A DNA stretch of 64,000 nucleotides, from the NCBI RefSeq assembly GCF_009914755.1, contig NC_060939.1; one strand, given 5' to 3'. This stretch comes from the human T2T-CHM13v2.0 reference genome, Homo sapiens. Of the stretch, positions 38,130 through 59,436 are shown one piece after another (within the stretch, counting starts at the first letter, position 1; the number at the start of each line of letters is the position of its first letter). Both the position numbers and the translations under genes were made by a program. The notes below the pieces were generated by a model. It was not told the origin of the DNA. It saw nothing but the letters and a program-made list of their open reading frames with translations, and ran no database searches.

Positions 38130-39679
38130 GGGAGGAAGTGATCAGGGAAGGCTTCATGAAGGGGGTGATCTGAGGGGTGGACAGGATTGTGGAAGTGGGG
38201 AGAGCATTCCAGGTGGAAGGAGCAGTGTGAGCAAAGGCCTAGAGATGGGAGATCATGGGGCAGGTGGTGATGGTGGGGGGACTGGGGAGCGTCTTGGGGG
38301 TAGAGGTTATGGGAGTCTGCTTAGATATCTTTCTGGACATTTTGGTCAGGGTTGGATTCAGAGTATGTCCGCAGGAAAGAAGTGAAGGGGGCAGAGTGGT
38401 ATCAATAGGTCCTTTGGGTAACCTGCTGGGAATCTGAATGTATGGAGATTCTGAATGTCAGGGCTGGACAACCCTGGCAGAGGCTAAGGGAGAAAGATGA
38501 ACATGTCCTCTCTGTCCAGTTTTTCATAAGTTAGAGGATGATGATATCTTTAGTGAAATGGCACTAGCTAGAGGCAGAAGACCAACATCACACTTTGCAG
38601 CCACCGTTTGCTTCAAAATCTTCCTTGGGCTCCAGCATCCACTATTGGGTTTTTGGGCATCATGCCCAGGGTTCATGAAGCCATAGAGAAAATATAGTGG
38701 CTCTGCCTGCCTGGAGGGTAGTTTTACCTGAGGATTTGGGGGCAAAGACATTTATTAGTATTAAAACAGATGCACAGGTATTAAAAATGGAATGCACAAT
38801 TTACATGAATATTTAAAATAGGATACTTCATACAATTGTTAAAGCTTACCTTTGGTGGGATCTGTGGGTTCCAATACTTGGTTTTTAGAGTGGCCTCAAG
38901 CAAGATAATCTCTCTACCTCAGCTTTTGCTTCTGTAAAATGGGAATGACAACAGTATCTGCCTCCTGGGGTTGTGAGAATTAAATGAGATAACCCAAGTG
39001 AAGTGCCTGGCACGTGGTGAACAATTAATAATGTTGGTTGTCATTATTAGCATTCTCTCCTAGGCTCTTTAGGGCACTTTGAGGGGTAGAGCATGCTGGC
39101 AGGAGACTTCAGAGGCCCTGTCCATAGACTCGAACCCCGGCTCCCTCGCCTGCTGTTCACCACCTTCACCAGCCTGATCCCTCCCCACCTCTTCCACCAC
39201 GTCCCATCCACAGACCCTCTTCTCTTTATTCTCCCCAGGAGATGCAACCTTCACTTGTCTTGATTTCTGTTTGAAGAAGGCTTTCCTCTCCCCAACCTTT
39301 GCTCCCCCTTTGTGACTTCCTTTTTTATGGAGTGGCAGGTGCCTGCTCCCTTCCCCGAGCTCCTTCAGCTGTTGGTTGTACCTCTACAAGCTGCTCTGTA
39401 CAGCTGCCTCTCCTTTTGTGTATCAGCCAGCTATGTGACCTGGGCCACTTCACTACCCTGTCTGGGCCTCAGCCATCTATAGGGAATGGTGTGCCCACCT
39501 CTCTGCATCATCAGAGTTGTAATCCTGGTCCATTCTTGGTGCATTCCTGGCTGATAGATTGTTCATGGAAAAGGGCAGTTTCTCTCTTCCCTCAGAAGGC
39601 AGAATTTGTGTGTATGCCTCATAATATTTAGTCTCCCTTGTGTCCAAAACTAAGCTTGGGTACATCAGAGGGTCATTAA

Positions 39680-40102
<423 letters not shown>

Positions 40103-40747
40103 TGATCCGCCTGCCTCAGCTTCCCAAAGTTCTGGGATTACAAGTGTGAGCCACTGCACCCAGACAAATTGCTAAGCTTTAAATAACTACAGCCTTGACT
40201 CACAGGCTACAGGTAAACACATCCCATAGTCCCAGATGCCTTAGTTTAGGGGCATGGACAGGAGGATTCCCTGAGGCAGTGGTCTACACAGAGAGGAAAA
40301 GCAACGCCGTTTCCAGACTTGCACTGCAGCTCTGCCACACAGTCATAAACTTAGTCTCAGTGTTCTTATCTGTAAGATGGAAGTGACTCCTGTTAAGTCA
40401 GTCTCACAGGGCAATTGTGAAGATCCAATAAAAATGAAATAGAACAGTGGGATTATTATGAATGAAGGAAGCACAGCCAGATCAGTGTCTGGCATAGGTG
40501 TTTGGTAGGTGGGCTCAGGCACTGGGAACAAGGAGCCATCTCAACAGGTAAATGGTTTCTCCAGCCCAGTGCTATTCAGAGAGAGTGCTTAGATCACCAA
40601 TGTCAGAATTACCTGGTAGCTTATTAAAATATGATAGAAGCAGGGCTCGGTGGGTCACACCTGTAATCCTAGCACTTTGGGATGCCGAGGTGGGTGATTT
40701 TAAAGCAATCACCATTCTGTCTCCAAAAACAAAACAAAACAAAACAA

Positions 40748-40869
40748 ATATATATATATATTATATACATGTAATATATATTATATATGTAATATATATA
40801 CATTATATATGTTATATATATACATTATATATGTAATATATATACATTATATATGTTATATATATATAA
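40748..40869. repeat. AT-rich (TA)n-derived repeat
   Basis: Recurring TATATACATTATATATGT(A/T)A units of about 22 bp. Confidence 0.9.
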
Positions 40870-43660
<2,791 letters not shown>

Positions 43661-43864
43661 GAATAGCTGTACTAGACAGGGTCAGGCTATGCTGAGTTAA
43701 AAATTACCCCATATAGCTCGGTGACTTAACATAGCAAAGGTTATTTCACATCACACTACATAGCTAAGTGGTCAGTGAGGGACTGAGACACCCAGGCAGC
43801 CATCTCCTGGCTGCCCCCTCTGGAACGTGCAGCCTCCAAGGTCATCCCAGAAGGGGAAGCCAGG

Positions 43865-43953
43865 GTCTACAGCAATACCACCCTGAACACACCTATCTTG
43901 CCTGATCTCAGAAACTAGGCAGGGCTGGGCCAGGTTCAAGCTTGGATGGGAGA
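43865..43953 (+). pseudogene. 5S rRNA pseudogene, 3'-truncated
   Basis: GTCTACAGCAATACCACCCTGAACACACC...TGATCTCAGAAACTAGGCAGGG...CTTGGATGGGAGA aligns to about nt 1-90 of vertebrate 5S rRNA with CpG-decay changes. Confidence 0.88.
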
Positions 43954-44374
43954 AGAAGAAGAGAAAGTTAGTTTCCCTAGAAACAGACTTTGAGAAAAAG
44001 ATTCGGGCACAGAAAGTTTATGGGGGAGTATTCTCAGGAACAACCCCTGCAAGGATGTGAAGGAGGCGGGATTGTGCAGAAGGAGAAGCTGCGTTAGAAA
44101 CCTCCACCAGTCACTCAGGAGCTCTGGAAGTTAGTGGGCCTTTCAGAGTTGTCCCAAATGGGAAAAGGAGGCTAGGACCTTGATCCGTCATCAGTGGATG
44201 TACACAGCCCCTGGGGAGGAGTATAACTAGTGCCCGTTGGCCAAAAACAATTCCCATGGCATGATGAGTGGCTCAGTTCGGAAGAGTCCTTCCGAAAGGT
44301 CCTTCAGAAGTTTGTAGTGATATCTGCAAGAAGGCTTTCTGCTTTTTTTTTTTAGACCAAGTCTTGCTCTGTAG

Positions 44375-44692
<318 letters not shown>

Positions 44693-45006
44693 TAACTTTG
44701 AGAAAGTCTGAGGAATGTAGGAAAGCACATGTAATATTTGGTGAACACCAACTGTCTACTTAACCTCTTGGATCTGAAGACTGATGACTCAATAATGCTA
44801 GAAATGTATCAGTTATTTCTTCAAATAGCACATCAAAACCATTTATATCTTCTCCTTCTGGAGAAATGTTCTCTGTGTCTCTTATTAGCTTTTTCATATT
44901 TTCTATCTATTACTCTCTCTGGACTGCATTCTGGGTACTTTCTTTGGATCTTTCAGTTGACTAATTTTCTCTTCAGACAGGTCTGGTGTATTATTTATTC
45001 CTTTGA

Positions 45007-45222
<216 letters not shown>

Positions 45223-46644
45223 TAAAAAAATTTTGTAGAGATGAGGGTGTCTCACTGTGTGGCCTAAGCTGGTCTTAAACTCCTGGGCTCAAGAAATCCA
45301 CCCACCACGGCCCCCAAAGTTTTAGCATTACAGGGTTGAGCTACTATGCCCAGCCTGTTCTTTTCAAATTGGCTTGTTTCCTGTTTATCTTTATTTCTTT
45401 AAATATATTAAACACAGTTATTTTATATTTTAATATTTGTTCTTTGATCTCTATCTCTGCCGTCTACTGTTTCTGCTGTTTCTCACTCATGGTGTTTTCT
45501 TTCCCTATGTGTGCATGCCTGTGTTAAAGTAGAAATCCGGCTGGGTGTGGTGGCTCACGCCTGTAATCCCAACACTTTGGGAGGCCAAGGCAGGTGGATC
45601 ACCTGAGGTCAGGAGTTCGAAACCAGCCTGACCAACATGGTGAAACCCTGTCTCTACTAAAAGTACAAAAATTAGCAGAGCCTGGTGGCATGTGCCTGTA
45701 ATCCCAGCTACTCAAGAGGCTGAGGCAGAAGAATAGCTGGAACTCAGGAGGCAGAGGTTGCAGTAAGCCAAGATAACACCAATGCACTCCAGCCTGGGTG
45801 ACAGAGCAAGATCCTGCCTCAAGTTAAAAAAAAAAAAAAGTAGAAATCCTTCAGAGAGGATTTGTGTTTGCTTTTGTTACTTACCTGAGGGAACTACAAA
45901 ATTTTAACCTCTTTCTATTTGTAATCACTTTAATTTTTTCACTTGAGATTTCCTGGACCACAAAAATAGTAGGGGCATGGACCACAAACCTATATGAAGA
46001 CTAGCTGATGGTTATGAATTTTGGGAGAGATTTTTTTTTTTTTTTCAGAGAAACAACTTTCCTTATCGTCCTCTTCTGGCTGGTTGAATTTATTTCACAC
46101 TCACTTATCTTTAGACTCCTAGCTTTATTGGCAAAGTCTCGTATTAGATTCCCTGCCTTTGGTGGGCCTTGGGTTTCATCTCTTGTTTACAAAATCTGGC
46201 AGCAGAGACTCTGATGGTGAATGCAGCTTACCTCACAGGGTTCCTGGTTTCCCTCTGTTTTGGGGCTTTGTGACTTCTTTACTTTTGTGTGATTTTTGCT
46301 GATACACTGGCTTATGATGCATACTCCAGACAGCATATTAATTGCATTAATCAGAAAGATCCTTCATAACATCTAATCGACCATCATTCGGCCAGAACTG
46401 GAGTGCCCCAGCCATTCTTCCATGACAGCATTTCTATAAAACATGTTTGTAGCAATCCTTGGTTCCACCAGCTGGGTGCTGTGAAGCACACAGGAGTTTT
46501 GCAGTTTAAGACTAGGGTTTGCATCTTGGTTCTGCTATTTATTATGGCCTTGGGAACTTCGTCTCACTGAGCTGCAGTTTTCTTATTTGTAAAATGGGTC
46601 GACAGTCCTTGTCTTGCCATGCTCTCATGATGAACAAATGAAAC

Positions 46645-50555
<3,911 letters not shown>

Positions 50556-51350
50556 TATTTCTGTCCTATGGGAACTAAGCATGGTCCTGCAAGGGATGTG
50601 GCATACTGTCCAACCTAGAGCCTGGTGCACCGCAGGTACCCAGGAAATGATAGGTTATAATTGCTGCAGCAAGGCCGGGCACAGTGGCTCACGTCTGTAA
50701 TCCCAGCATTTTGGGAGGCCAAGGCTGGTGGATCACCTGAGATCAGGGGTTTGAGACCAGCCTGACCAACATGTTGAAACCCTATCTCTACTAAAAATAC
50801 AAAAATTTAGCTGGGCATAGTGGCATGTGCCTGTAATCCCAGCTACTCAGGAGGCTGAGGCATGAGAATCACTTGAACCCAGGAGGCAGAGCTTGCAGGG
50901 AGCCGAGATCGCGCCACTGCACTCCAGCCTGGGCAACAGAGTGAGACTCTGTCTCAATAATAATAATGATAATTGCTGCATCAATGCATGGCCTCCCCCT
51001 TTTCCCTCCCATTCTTCCCCTGCCCTCTGCCAGCAAACACCTCATCAGACTCCCCGCTAGCCTCTAACTATTCCCTGTCCTGGCTTTCCCTGTCACCATG
51101 TCCCTCTTACATACAAGGAACTTCCTCTTCTGTAGGGAACTGGATTCTGGGCAGGGAGGTGACAGCACGATGCTGGGGTGGGAGTCCGGCTTTGAAGCCA
51201 GAGGCAGTTGCAGCATCAGCAGGCCCTGGGAGCTGGTTAGAACTGCAGACTCTCGCCCCAGCCACCACACTGCAGTAAGGTGCCCAGGTGATCTGCACAC
51301 ACTTGCAGAAGAAAGTTTCAGAGGCACTGGCTTGCATAACCTCACCGCTC

Positions 51351-51736
51351 ATATTAGTTTGCTAGGGCTGCCATAACAAAATACCACAGACTGAGTGGTC
51401 TAAACAACAGAAAGTTATTTTCTCGCAGTTCCGGAGACTGAAAGGTGTTCAAGATCAAGGTTTGGACAGGGGCAGTTTCCTCCAAAGCCTCTCTCCTTGG
51501 CTTACAGATGGCCACTCTCTTGCTGCCTCTGCACAGAGTCACCACTCTGTGGGTGCTCATCCCTGGTGTCTCTCTGTGAATTCAAATTTCCCCTTCTTGT
51601 GAGGGACACCAGGCAGATTGGATTAGGACCCACCCTAATGGCCTCTTGAAAGATCTTATCTCCGAATGCAGTTGCATCTGAGGTCCTGGAGGTTAGGACT
51701 TTAACTTAACAGATGAATTTTGGGAGGGACACAGTT
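51351..51736 (-). mobile_element. MLT1-family MaLR LTR
   Basis: TATTAGTTTGCTAGGGCTGCCATAACAAAATACCACAGACTG...GAATTTTGGGAGGGACACAG. Confidence 0.72.
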
Positions 51737-54164
51737 GCCTCCCAGATTTAGTTCATAATGGCACTTTAACGAAGAAGAATCTAAGGCTCAGAGAAGTATG
51801 TCACAGTCCAAAATCATAGTACAGGCCAGGCGATAAGGGTTTTATCTCTCGACAGAGCCCTCCCCAGGCGGAGCAATGAAGGACAGTGCACAAGAGGACA
51901 GGAAATGGAGTGTGCTGTTTGCATTGAGGTTTCAGCTTTGCTTCCGTTACTTTTGAGAACTTGAATAAATGCCCTAACCTCTCCAGGCCTCAGTTTCCTT
52001 TTCTGTGAAATGAGACAATAAAAGGCTCTTCCTCACAAGCTGGTTGTGAGGATTCCGTGAGCAGGAATTGCAGAATTCATGTGAATAGCGCCTGAGGTCC
52101 CCTGATCCTACTCTGCCTCTTCTCTTTCCCTGCTATCCAAATCTGCCATTATTTACTGCTGGCCAAAAATGCCCAGTGATTTTCCCCAGGTGGTTTGCAG
52201 TTTAATAGCTAGAAAAACCAAAGGCTTGAAACTGTCACGGTAGAATTGTAGGCATTGGCTAGCAGGTGCATGCAAGTCTTGGCCATGCAAGAAGGCTTTC
52301 CTGGATGCTGAGCTTGAGGCAGGAACTGAAAGGGAAAACTTGCTGATGTGCCCTTCTGCTCCTAGTTCCTGGAGGTTCTCTCTTCTAAATAGGCTGCATA
52401 TGATTTGATTTCATTTCACTCTAAATTGCTCAGCCTGCAACTAGGGGTGCAAGGTGGAGTCCTACAAATCAATTCTGCTGTGCAAATAAGCAGGCACCTG
52501 CTTACTTGGGGGTGCTTAGAAATGAGGCCAAGCTACGAAGTGTTGAGGAAATGATTGCAGTTTTCCTTTGGGGTCAAACTGGGTTTAGAATACAAAATTG
52601 TTTTCAAATATTAGTTTGTCCTTTCAATGTATGTACCATGCGTTTTATGAAGGTCTGCTCTATGCAAAACACTTTGCTAAGGCTAGAGTGGGAAGACGGA
52701 GAGAATGTTTCTTCTTTCCTGTGCTCACAGGAGCTCAGAGCAGGAGTGCAACTAAGACCTAGTAATAGGGTTCCATAGACAGAGGTTCAAGTTGGGGAGG
52801 GCAGGGCAGGTCAGTCCTCTTAGTCTAAGCTGGAACATCATTGTCCTGGGACAGAGGGACTCCTTTTATTATCCTGTATCCGTCCATTTATTTTTTTGGA
52901 AAGGCTGCTTTAAATCTTGCCCCTATTACGTGGCCAATATTGGGCTTCCCATCCTTGTCTGGGGTCAGCATAGCAGGTCAGATGGAGGCAGGTTTTTTTA
53001 ATCTGGGCTCAGCCCTGGCTTTGGTGGCAAAATATCCTCCCCAGGTCTGGGGCCAGATTCCTAAATGAGGTCAAGTTGTCCAATGTATGGATTTCCCTTC
53101 TGTTCCCCGCTGGCTTTTGACGACGTCAGTCCCCTTAGTTTTGCCTGCCAGAATGCCAGGATCCACAGAGAGAAGGGAAGTAGTCACAAACTGTGAGTGG
53201 CCTTTTCCTCTAGCTTCTGTCCAGCCACTGCCACTGTGGCTGTCACGGGGTCTGTGCTCTCCTGCAGCCCTACCCAGCCTTCTCCCTGCAGGTCACCGCC
53301 CCCACATGTCCAGTGCTCTGAAATGTTTCTGCTCTCACTGGTCCCTTGTCACAAAGTCTCTTGGTTTATAGGATCTGCTAGTCTAATTCATATGAATGAG
53401 TAAATAATGATTAATGGAGTCTGCATTGGAACCAGTGGCCAGTGCTTTAATTAATAATTATAAAACAACAACTTAAAAGGAAGAGAGAAAGAAGCTTGAA
53501 AGGTAGAAGGATAGACCCAGTGTGGAGCTCCTGGGAGCTGTTATTTCTGCTAGAAGGCTTTCCGAGTCCTGCCAAGCACGTGCCGTCCTCCTCCACAGGA
53601 TCAAAGGCTGAAGGCCATTGGCCTATTTGCCTCCTTGTCATCAGCCTTAGTGGGGTGGAAATCTGCAACTCAAGATTCCTGCTGCCCGTTACAGGAATCT
53701 GTCCACCATAAACCGGGGATGTCAGCAGAATTGAATGGTGAATCAAAAACTGGAACAAATCATTTTAATTACCTAAGACCCAAACCTAATTCACAGTATT
53801 TCTTCACTAGACCATGAATCAACTTCATTTTATCCCCTCCCTCTAGTTGAGCAGTTCAACCCAGAACTGAACTAAGAGTTGTCTAAAACTTGGAGCTACT
53901 GCTGGAAGGGAATGTGCCGACCATTCAGCTAGCCAAGCCCTCTCATTTTACACAGAGGCCCTGAGAGCTGTGACCCAGGGCTTCAGCTGCACTTAAACGC
54001 TTCACTTTTCTCAAGGCCCATGGCACCTCGGGGACCCAGATTTGACTCATTACTCTGGCAGCCCCTCACCTTCTGCACTGTTCCATGTGACTGCTTGACT
54101 TGGAACCCCAAGAAATAGCACAAGGCTGGGCACAATGGCTCACACCTCTAATCCCGGCACTTTA

Positions 54165-54392
<228 letters not shown>

Positions 54393-54537
54393 TTAGTCGG
54401 GCATTGTGGCATGCGCTTGTAATCCCCGCTACCCGAGGGGGCTGAGGCAGGAGAATCGCTTGAACCCAGGAGGCAGAGGTTTCAGTGAGCCAAGATAACA
54501 ACACTGCACTCCAGCCTGGGCAACAAAATGAGACTCC

Positions 54538-54572
<35 letters not shown>

Positions 54573-55023
54573 AGCTGACCATGGTGGCACTCCTGTAGTT
54601 CCAGCTACTCAGGTGGCTGAGGTGGGAGGATCATTTGAGCCAGGAGTTTGAGGCTGCAGTAAGCCATGATTGCACCACTGTACTCCAGCCTGGGCTTCAG
54701 ATCAAGACCCTGTCTCAAAAAAAAAAAAAAAAAAAAAAAAGAGAGAGAGAGATAGCACAGACTCTGGTATATATTGTACATTTTTTTAACAGAGAACCTC
54801 TCTTACACTAAGAAATTGATACCCCAAATGAGAAATGGGTGGCTAGATTGAAGTTCCTCTAGCCTTCCCCTCACAGCCCTAGAAATTCAAAGGAGAGGGT
54901 TTGCAACTTATTGTGACCTGATTTAGATTATGATTACTAATATTATCATTGTTATTATTTGCTTCAATTACCCTACTCATTTATAATTTACGTTTCAAAG
55001 GGTATGGCAACATTTATCTAAAT

Positions 55024-55247
55024 CAGTGGTCCTTACCTGGGGGCGATTTTTGCCCCCAGGGGACATCTGACAATATCTGGAGACATTTCTGTTTGTCACA
55101 ACTTGGGGGGTAGGGTGCTGACAGTGTGAGCTAGTGGCATTTAGCGGATAAAGGCCATGGATGCTGTGAAAGGACTCACAGGTTGGCCCCCACAACAAAC
55201 AATGATCTGGCCCAAAGTGTCAATAGTGTCAAAATTGAGAACCCTTG
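55024..55247 (+). mobile_element. MER20 (hAT-Charlie) element
   Basis: CAGTGGTCCTTACCTGGGGGCGATTTTTGCCCCCAGGGGACATCTG...TTGAGAACCCTTG. Confidence 0.8.
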
Positions 55248-56163
55248 GTCTAAATCAACACAGAAGGGGAAAACAGGTCTCCTGCAATCCTGCTACCTCA
55301 ACAAATTAAACACTTCACTTTTCTATGTTCCTCCCAGCCTCTGCCCCATGGTGTAAACTTCATTTTCCCAAGCTCTTCTAACCATGGCAGGAATATAGTT
55401 TAAATTCCACATTTCTTCACTTATTATTGTATCCTGGGCTGTTGTGCCTCTGGCCTCATTATCTTCTCACTTACCACTTTTAGTGGATGTAATACAATAC
55501 TCCAGGCAGGTTGATACCCCATATTTCACCTGACCAGTCCGGGTTTCTCAGTGGGTGTTTTTTGGGGGGGACTTGCCAAATGGGCTGCATGGGGGTGGGG
55601 GTGACTTGAGCAGCCGTGCTGTGGGCAGCCACCTCCTCTTCCTGCAGCCCAGGCATCAGCATCGTGGTCCTCATCATCAAAAGCCCTTTATGAAGCACCT
55701 TGGTGAATATATCCTGGCACCGGGGGCATCTTCTGCAGAGTTCTTCCCACCAGCCCCTGACATGCAGGGCTTGCCAGCTCAGACAGACAGCATCTATGTC
55801 AGCTCACCAAAAAGGCGTCCAAAAACTGGGCTGTAGGCCCCAGGCAGAGGGGTGAGAAAACGGATTCTTAGGCAAGATTCATGCCAAGAGTAAGTACGCC
55901 GGGGAATGCAAAGACAGGCTGGATTCCCAAAGGGAGCCTGGCCCTTGAATTCCCTCCCCCAGCTAGCTGGAGGCTTCTTGGAGGACAAGGGATTTTAGAA
56001 GCTACTGCGAGGGAAGGAGAGAGTGAGGGGAACAGCTTAACAGGTTAAGGACTTGGGGTCAAGCGTTCCAGGCACACAGAGCACGGCCTGGAAGATGTTT
56101 CTCCAGAGACCTTCGTGCCACCCTCTGGTCTCACCTCAGTGTCCTTTTCCTTTGCCTCTGCAG

Positions 56164-56291
56164 GTGTTCCATGAGCAAGGCATCCTGTTCGGCTACCGCC
56201 ATCCACAGAGTTCTGCCACTGCCTGCATCCTCAGCCTTTTCCAAATGACCAATGAGACTCTCAACATTTGGACTCACTTGCTGCCCTTCTG
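56164..56291 (+). CDS. PAQR5: PAQR5 second coding exon (VFHEQGILFGYRHPQSSATACILSLFQMTNETLNIWTHLLPF + split W)
   Basis: Acceptor ccttttcctttgcctctgcAG|GTG; 128 nt; carries PAQR-family GYR and NETxNIWTH motifs; donor TG|GTACCT, phase 2. Confidence 0.95.
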
Positions 56292-58379
56292 GTACCTTCT
56301 GGCCCCCTCGACCGGCCTGTCTCCTTCAGGAGCCCTGGAGACCAGGGTGTCTTAAAACATGGCTAGTGTTGAGAGGGCTGAGATTCTGTGCTGGGGTTTG
56401 GGGATCCCCCGTGGGTACACGCGGGTGAAGGGAGTGTGTGACAGAGGGAAGAGACATTGGGTGTGCCACTGGGATGACCTTTAAGGCATGGACTGGGGTA
56501 AGATTTGAGGGGAAATCCCAAAAGTGCCTCAGTCCTTCCTGCTCCCTGCTCCGGTGCCTGATATGATAGCATTTACCTTCATCTCCGGTCTTGGAGACTT
56601 TCCAGGTCTTCCAGGAGCCCTGGTTAAAATGTCACTAGTTTGAGCAAGTCAACCTCTCTGAGCCTCTCATTTTCCTACCTGCAAAGCAGGAGTGATGGTC
56701 CGCACCTCCCCAAGGGTTGCTGTGAGGGTTTGGGGAGAAAACATTGGTAGAGGCATCTGCCACAGAGTTGTGGGTGTTCCGTAATCATTCTGGGAACCAC
56801 GACAACTGGGAGGCACTTGGTCAGGCAGCCTGTAGATGGAGCCAGCTAAGAGCAAAGCTCTGGGAAGCCTGTATGCAGAAATGGGAGTGGCCAGGGAAGC
56901 GAAGAGGGGCCTTGCTGAGAAAGGTGGGGGATGAAGGCCAATGTCACACACTGCACACCTTTGCTTAAGGAATGGAGGATGGAGACAGGGTCAAAGCACC
57001 AAATCACAGTGGATCTGAGCTGGAAGAACTCAGAGGCCATTCAAGCCACTGTCCCACTCAGACCACCACTGGTCGATGTAGACACAGCCGAGAGACGGGG
57101 TGGCGTCCTTACGTCATGCAGGGGCGCCGTGGCACAGGCTGGTCACTGGACTCCCTCCAGTCATGTTGAGAAGAGATGAGGAGTGTGCCATGAGTGGAGA
57201 TGGGCCCAGGCTCCCCGCACAGGGGCAGCCAGCCTGAGTAGAAGTCAGATGACAGACCCGGGGCCAAAATGCAGGGGCAGGCTGTTTGGTTCCAGCAGCC
57301 AGCTCAGTGGAGAGGGGAGAGAGCTCAGTCTGGTGTGGACTAGGGTGATCTGTAAAGGAGTGTGGCAGCCCTGGGCCTGCGGACTGGGCAGGGGTGGCAG
57401 CACAGCCCTGCTCCAGGGGCCATTTGTCATTTTTAAAAGTATACATGCTTACAAATTATAACCCTTCAGAAGGGAATAGAGTCAGGCTCTGCCACTGGCC
57501 CCAGTTCTCCTCCCTGGAGTGGCCAGGGGGACCTGCTTCCTATGCGTCCTCCTGGAGCTTTTCTGGGGGACCCAGGAGCATCTGTGCTGTGAGCATCCAC
57601 AGCATCTGCCTCTTTCCCTGCTGCCTTCCTCTTACTTCCCTCCCTTGGAGATCTCACTCTGTCAGCATCTGCAATCTGCATGTCTCCTGGACTTTGGAAC
57701 ATCTGCTTGGTGTTCCATTTTCTGGATGAATCATGGTTGATTTAGGCTGTTTTGAGATTTGAGCTGCTAAAAGGGTACCAGCCTGTCCATCCCTGCTTGT
57801 GGGTCTTGCACTCCATGCATGGATCCCTGTAGGGTGATTTTTTGCTATGTTACAGCTGAGCCAAGCTGGGTGAGCCGCACCCCCATCACCTCCAGCACTG
57901 CCTATGCACTTCTACACGGTGCCAGGCTCTCAGAGATGATCCTGACTGAGCAACAGAGAGTAGCAGGAAGGACTTGGGGAGGTCTGGATCAAGATGCCCT
58001 AAGGAAATGGGACCACTGAAAAATTGAAATAACTGAAGGATACATTTTGAGAAACAGCAAATAGCTTAAGCTTTACTTCCCGCTGGGACAAAATTAAAAA
58101 GTCCACAAGTGTAGCTGGAAGGATTTAGCAATGTTCCTTCAGCTCCTGCATATGAAAAGCTTTGTAGAGTCTCCTCCCTTGGAGGAGTTAGTGAGAAAGG
58201 GAGCCAGCTCTCTAGGAGTGATTTGTGGAAGCGAGGTGCTCTGCAGGCGGGACCTCATGCGTGGATTGTAGGCCAGGCAGACCTGGTGAAGAATTTTGAA
58301 GTGTCTCTGCATAGAGATCTAGGCTCTGCTAAGAGTCAGCTGTGGGACTAGCTATTCCGAAAAGTGATTGTACTCTTAG

Positions 58380-59265
<886 letters not shown>

Positions 59266-59436
59266 TAAAGCCTCTCTTCTTACTTCACCTGCCCATTCCC
59301 AACGTACTGCCTCCCAATTAAAAAAGGACCCCCCACCTTCCTAGCACATGGTATTTCCCCAAAGTGAGAACACGAAGGAATTAGTCACCGCGGGGGAATG
59401 GAGACAGTAGATAGGCGAGGATCTAAGAGGGGCTTC

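Noticed and set aside
56053-56355. Single-exon 100-aa ORF, and similarly 60754-60987
   Set aside because: Only the exonic cores are PAQR-like; the extensions are intronic sequence beyond clear splice sites.
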